Source of the DNA: an uncultured Bacteroidales bacterium
GTDB taxonomy: Bacteria; Bacteroidota; Bacteroidia; Bacteroidales; VadinHA17
NCBI GenBank assembly: GCA_963789465.1
Contig: CAWBLL010000019.1
Location: forward strand, 782,173 to 846,172
Length of the DNA stretch: 64,000 nt
Direction: 5' to 3'
Under the pieces are notes generated by a model. The model did not search any database. It was not told where the DNA came from and was given only the letters and a program-made list of their open reading frames with translations. Position numbers and translations under genes: made by a program. Shown here piece by piece: positions 59,743 to 64,000 of this stretch (the stretch's first letter is position 1; the number at the start of each line of letters is the position of its first letter).

Positions 59743-60519
59743 ATGAAACAATCATTTGCTATCAGTTTAATAGTGTTCCTGCTTAGCGGCACTTATTTGA
59801 AAGCTCAGCAACAGGTGCTTATACCGGTTGATGACAAGATAACACCGGGTATGACTGAGATCTGGGATCCGGAAGTTAAAATTGTCGAGCCGGGAGAAAG
59901 GCCGGGAGATGCTCCCGCTGATGCCATAATTCTTTTCAATGGCAGTGAGGTAAACAAAGAATGGACGGATAATGACGGTAATCCGACAAAGTGGATCGTA
60001 AAAGATGGAGCTCTAATAAGCGTTAAAGGGGCAGGGGTGATCAAGAGCAGGCGTAAATTTTCCGATTTCCAGTTGCACATAGAATGGAAAACTCCATCGG
60101 AAGTGACAGGTGAAAGCCAGGGGAGGGGTAATAGTGGTGTTTTCCTGCAGGAACTTTATGAAGTACAGGTGCTCGACAGCTATAATAACCGTACCTATCG
60201 TAACGGCCAGGCTGCCAGTATTTACAAGCAGTTTGCGCCATTGGTGAATGTCTCAAGAAAACCTGGAGAATGGCAATCTTATGATATTATTTATACAGCT
60301 CCAACATTCAACAGCGATACGGTTACCTATTATACCCATCCCAGGGTTACTGTTCTTCACAACGGAGTATTGGTTCAGAATAATGTAAGCTTAAGAGGAC
60401 CAACTGTTTATATTGGGATACCAGAGTATTTTGTAAAGAAACACGGCCCTGGAAGCCTCGTACTTCAGGACCATGGAAACCCGGTTGCCTACAGGAATAT
60501 CTGGATAAGGGAATTGTAG
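59743..60519 (+). CDS. DUF1080 family 3-keto-glycoside hydrolase, exported
   Basis: Signal peptide; DAIILFNG, DFQLHIEW, GNSGVF, YEVQVLD, GEWQSYDI, LQDHG..VAYRNIWIR. Confidence 0.9.
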   Translation: MKQSFAISLIVFLLSGTYLKAQQQVLIPVDDKITPGMTEIWDPEVKIVEPGERPGDAPADAIILFNGSEVNKEWTDNDGNPTKWIVKDGALISVKGAGVIKSRRKFSDFQLHIEWKTPSEVTGESQGRGNSGVFLQELYEVQVLDSYNNRTYRNGQAASIYKQFAPLVNVSRKPGEWQSYDIIYTAPTFNSDTVTYYTHPRVTVLHNGVLVQNNVSLRGPTVYIGIPEYFVKKHGPGSLVLQDHGNPVAYRNIWIREL

Positions 60520-60633
60520 TTAAATTGCAATCAGGTCTCCTTTTATATTGTTAAATATGCTTTAAGAATGTCATAATTTCATATTATAATTATTAATTTT
60601 AACGGAATAAATTAAATTTTAATCTACCTGACA

Positions 60634-62130
60634 ATGAAAGAGAATACAAAAAACATTACACGCCGGTCATTTATAGAGAGAACTGGTGCTGTTGCTGCAG
60701 GTCTGACTATTATCCCCGGGTCTGTTATGAGTGGTTTTGGACACAGAGCTCCGAGTGACAAGCTTAATATTGCTGTTATAGGTATTGGGGGAATGGGTAA
60801 TTCAAACCTTAAGCATGTGGCTCCTACAGAGAATATTGTTGCCCTTTGCGATGTTGACTGGGGATATTCCAAAAAAGTCTTTGATGCAAATCCGAATGCT
60901 AAAAGATTCTGGGACTGGAGGAAAATGTATGATGAAATGGGCAAGTCAATAGATGCCGTTATAGTAGCTACTGCTGACCATTCCCATGCTGTTGCTGCAT
61001 CCAATGCCATTGTCATGGGGAAACATGCATATGTGCAGAAGCCATTGACTCATACAGTATATGAGTCGAGGTTACTGACCAAACTCGCAGCCAAATATAA
61101 AGTGGCTACCCAGATGGGTAATCAGGGATCGTCCGATGAAGGTGTAAACCTTACCATGGAATGGATTCAGAACGGCGAGATAGGTGAAGTAAGAAGAGTC
61201 GAAGCATTTACAGACCGTCCGATATGGCCCCAGGGATTAAATGTTCCTCCCGGAGAATGGGTTCCAGATACACTTAACTGGGATCTGTTCATTGGCCCTA
61301 CCAGGATGAGACCATATAACCATATTTACACTCCATGGAACTGGAGAGGCTGGTGGGATTTTGGTACAGGTGCTCTTGGTGATATGGCTTGCCATATTCT
61401 GCATCCCGTATTCAAAGGACTCAGATTACAATATCCCATCAGGGCTCAGGGAAGTTCAACTCTCTTGCTTACCGACTGTGCTCCTAATGCACAGATGGTA
61501 AATCTTGTTTATCCTGAAAGGGTTGCTCCAAAAGGATCAAAAGTAAAGTATCCCGAGGTAACTGTTACCTGGTATGATGGCGGTCTCGAGCCTCCAAAGC
61601 CTGCAGGATGGCCTGCCGGAAAGAATATGAATGATGCCGGCGGCGGGGTTATTTTCCATGGTTCCAAGGATACCCTCATCTGCGGTTGCTACGGTGTTCG
61701 CCCATGGCTGTTGTCGGGGCGTACCCCAAATGCTCCCAGGACCGAGAGAAGGGTTGCAAACGCTATGGAAGGCGGTCATGAAATGGACTGGGTACGTGCT
61801 TGTAAAGAAAGTCCTGATACCAGGGTGAAATCAAAATCTGATTTTTCGGAAGCTGGTCCATTTAACGAAATGGTAGTAATGGGAGTCCTTGCCGTCAGGC
61901 TTCAGGGTCTTAACAAAGAACTGGAGTGGAATGGTGACAGAATGGAATTCACAAACATCAATGACAACGATTCACTCAAAATTTGTATCTCCGATAACTT
62001 TACAATTACCGACGGAGATCCGAAATTTGACAGAAAATGGACTGAGCCAATGAATGCAAAACAGTTCGCTGCAGAGATGGTTAAACATACTTACAGACCG
62101 GGATTCACACTGCCCGAGATGCCTGTATAA
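60634..62130 (+). CDS. Tat-exported Gfo/Idh/MocA oxidoreductase (probable glycoside 3-dehydrogenase)
   Basis: TRRSFIE signal, LNIAVIGIGG, VATADHSH, YVQKPL, QMGNQG, DFGTGALGDMACH. Confidence 0.88.
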   Translation: MKENTKNITRRSFIERTGAVAAGLTIIPGSVMSGFGHRAPSDKLNIAVIGIGGMGNSNLKHVAPTENIVALCDVDWGYSKKVFDANPNAKRFWDWRKMYDEMGKSIDAVIVATADHSHAVAASNAIVMGKHAYVQKPLTHTVYESRLLTKLAAKYKVATQMGNQGSSDEGVNLTMEWIQNGEIGEVRRVEAFTDRPIWPQGLNVPPGEWVPDTLNWDLFIGPTRMRPYNHIYTPWNWRGWWDFGTGALGDMACHILHPVFKGLRLQYPIRAQGSSTLLLTDCAPNAQMVNLVYPERVAPKGSKVKYPEVTVTWYDGGLEPPKPAGWPAGKNMNDAGGGVIFHGSKDTLICGCYGVRPWLLSGRTPNAPRTERRVANAMEGGHEMDWVRACKESPDTRVKSKSDFSEAGPFNEMVVMGVLAVRLQGLNKELEWNGDRMEFTNINDNDSLKICISDNFTITDGDPKFDRKWTEPMNAKQFAAEMVKHTYRPGFTLPEMPV

Positions 62131-62151
62131 TAAAAACAGTTTATAATATAA

Positions 62152-62184
62152 GAAGAGGGTGCCCGAAAAGGACACCCTTCTTTG
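62152..62184. terminator. Intrinsic terminator between convergent genes
   Basis: agggtgcc-cgaaaa-ggacaccct hairpin followed by tctttg. Confidence 0.65.
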
Positions 62185-62259
62185 TATCCGGATATTTGTT
62201 ACTTAAATTATTAATAAGAAAGAAACCAATAATCTTCTTTTAATCTGTTGATTATTCCT

Positions 62260-62841
62260 TCAGGAGGTAAGGGGGACACTGCCTTTCAATCCTATCTCCT
62301 CTGCCACTGTCCTCATCCCCATAATGCAATCAGCAATAAGCTCATCAAGTGACACACCAAGCATCAGAGCACCTTTCTCAATTACGGACCTGTCAACGCC
62401 CGCTGCAAATCTTTTGTCAGTCCACTTTTTTTTCACAGATCTTACTTCCATATCCAATACACTCCTGGAGGGACGAACAAGCGCACTGGTAGTAACAAGG
62501 CCGGTGAGTTCATCCATTGCAAAAAGAGTCCTTTCAAGCAGTGATATCGGTTCTATATCAGAAACAATTCCCCAGCCATGACTCACTACCGCCCTGATAT
62601 ATTCTTCGGGCCATCCATTCTCAGTAAGGATAGTACGTGTCATTTTACAATGCTGATCAGGATACATCTCGTAATCCAGATCATGGATGAAGCCAATAAT
62701 TCCCCATTTATCCTCATCCTCGCCTGCCTTCACTGCCATATACCTCATTACGCCTTCAACCGCAAGGGCATGTTTCAGAAGACTTTCAGACTTGTTGTAC
62801 TGTCCGAATAATTCAAGGGCCATTGTGCGCGTTGGTACCAT
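62260..62841 (-). CDS. HD (HDIG) domain-containing phosphohydrolase
   Basis: HALAVEGVM, IHDLDYE, AVVSHG, DELTGL, KFAAGV-like motif. Confidence 0.85.
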   Translation of the reverse strand: MVPTRTMALELFGQYNKSESLLKHALAVEGVMRYMAVKAGEDEDKWGIIGFIHDLDYEMYPDQHCKMTRTILTENGWPEEYIRAVVSHGWGIVSDIEPISLLERTLFAMDELTGLVTTSALVRPSRSVLDMEVRSVKKKWTDKRFAAGVDRSVIEKGALMLGVSLDELIADCIMGMRTVAEEIGLKGSVPLTS

Positions 62842-62893
62842 AGTAATAGCAACTGTTGGATTAATCCGGCTAAATTAACGGCTAAAGTTATTA

Positions 62894-64000
62894 TTATTTT
62901 TTCATCTTTATAACCGGTATTGTTCTGTCAATTGTCGATCCCTTGATTTTCAGATAATACATGCCTGGAGAAAGGATAAGACCCGGGAATATTATGCTGT
63001 TCATTCCGGAAGTGATCTCCTTCTCCATTTCATAAAACTTTGTCCCGGAATTATTTATGACGGAAATTCTCAACCTGTCATTGTTAAGCGACTGAATGTA
63101 TAAAGTAAACTGAGTGGAGAAGGGATTGGGATAGACATTCAGCGAATCAGCCAATTGATTGTTTTCCAGATAAACCCTGGCAGTATCATTCAGGAGATAA
63201 TCATCATCGTTGCCATATGCATATGCAGTTATATTATAAGCTCCATACGCTGATAGATTTGCTTTTGTGCTGAATGATACTGTCACGGAATCAGAATAAG
63301 GCATAATAATATTATCAAATGATTGTGCCACAGTATTTCCATGGTCATTAACCCTGTAGGCGAGGTTAAATCCGCTTATCGGATCTTTGCCCAGGTTGAG
63401 GAGCTTGACTGAAACTGTCTCCTGGCCAAATTTATTCTTCTGCACCGGAGCCACTATCCTTGCAACCTGAAGATCTTTTTCAATGTAGGTTACAGGACTT
63501 GATTCCGCAAAATCTATAAGGTCAATCCAGGCACAGTCGGCCCCGCTTGATACTGATTGGTCTTTACTATACCTCCATTCTAGTTTATTTGTTCCTGCAG
63601 CAACGGGTACTGCAATCCTTGACCATGGGATCTCTCCCGACTTCTTGAAGACCTCAGTATCATTAATTCTGAATGACAGGTTATCATAGCTGGGTTCGGA
63701 TGACATCTTGTAATAGAATTTTAACGAATCATCGCTGGCAAGCTCTGTACGTATGATAAGTGAAGTGCTGGAGTTGTGGCCAATGTGGCCTGACCTGGCC
63801 GAGACGATTCCATCGTAGGGGCTGGTATCCGTAATTATCCAGGGTACTTCGCTTACATTGATCCATGGAAACACGTTGAAACCGAGAGATTCAAAGCTCT
63901 CTCTTATCTTTCCAACCCTGAATGAGAAGTCTTTATTCAGGATGAAAGGAGAGCAATCGAGCAGTGATGACAAGGAGATAAAGCTTCCTGAAGATATATT
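62894..64000 (-). CDS. 3' part of a T9SS type-A C-terminal-domain secreted protein (runs off window end)
   Basis: Frame is open to 64000; ends VYPNPFS...GMYYLKI...IPVIK (T9SS CTD); internal beta-sandwich domains. Confidence 0.85.
   Translation of the reverse strand, partial: NISSGSFISLSSLLDCSPFILNKDFSFRVGKIRESFESLGFNVFPWINVSEVPWIITDTSPYDGIVSARSGHIGHNSSTSLIIRTELASDDSLKFYYKMSSEPSYDNLSFRINDTEVFKKSGEIPWSRIAVPVAAGTNKLEWRYSKDQSVSSGADCAWIDLIDFAESSPVTYIEKDLQVARIVAPVQKNKFGQETVSVKLLNLGKDPISGFNLAYRVNDHGNTVAQSFDNIIMPYSDSVTVSFSTKANLSAYGAYNITAYAYGNDDDYLLNDTARVYLENNQLADSLNVYPNPFSTQFTLYIQSLNNDRLRISVINNSGTKFYEMEKEITSGMNSIIFPGLILSPGMYYLKIKGSTIDRTIPVIKMKK

Noticed and set aside
74-62878. Numerous short ORF-track entries (60-200 aa) antisense to or nested within the called genes, including 46591-46785 and 53343-53558 over the repeats
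   Set aside because: They have no recognisable motifs and are shadows of real genes or translations of heptamer repeats.

Overview
Ordinary chromosomal backbone (about 70 genes) of a Bacteroidota bacterium, probably Bacteroidales-like and anaerobic. The assignment rests on TAnnTTTG-type promoters, a T9SS C-terminal-domain protein, and IorAB and an Ehr complex. I found no rRNA, tRNA, CRISPR array, prophage, transposase or integrase. Main blocks: (1) hexuronate/pectin catabolism: uxaC-uxuB-LarA-family epimerase-Gfo/Idh/MocA-gnd-MFS, with divergent GH105-kduI-kduD; (2) a sulfur-trafficking cluster: a YD-like lipoprotein, three rhodanese-fold proteins and two YeeE/YedE proteins; (3) housekeeping and envelope genes (truA, iorAB, a long MurQ-like protein, ssb, mltG, murB); (4) a Crp/Fnr-DUF6132-thioredoxin-ferredoxin redox module; (5) a six-gene Hyf-like Ehr membrane complex whose large subunit lacks the NiFe cysteines and whose small subunit lacks three of the four proximal Fe-S cysteines; (6) ggt, AlkD-like, DPP III, PiT/DUF47, exonuclease-GIY-YIG, amrS, yiaK, and DUF1080 with a Tat Gfo/Idh/MocA. 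About 15 single-base indels split 11 otherwise intact genes, including the normally essential murB, so these are probably sequencing or assembly errors rather than pseudogenes. Best leads: the cofactor-stripped Ehr complex, the probable mannonate-to-gluconate epimerase shunt, the YeeE/rhodanese relay with a GGC-tailed Cys-less rhodanese, and a dispersed composite heptamer-plus-core repeat that follows stop codons. Family assignments come from my own motif recognition; no database search was run.
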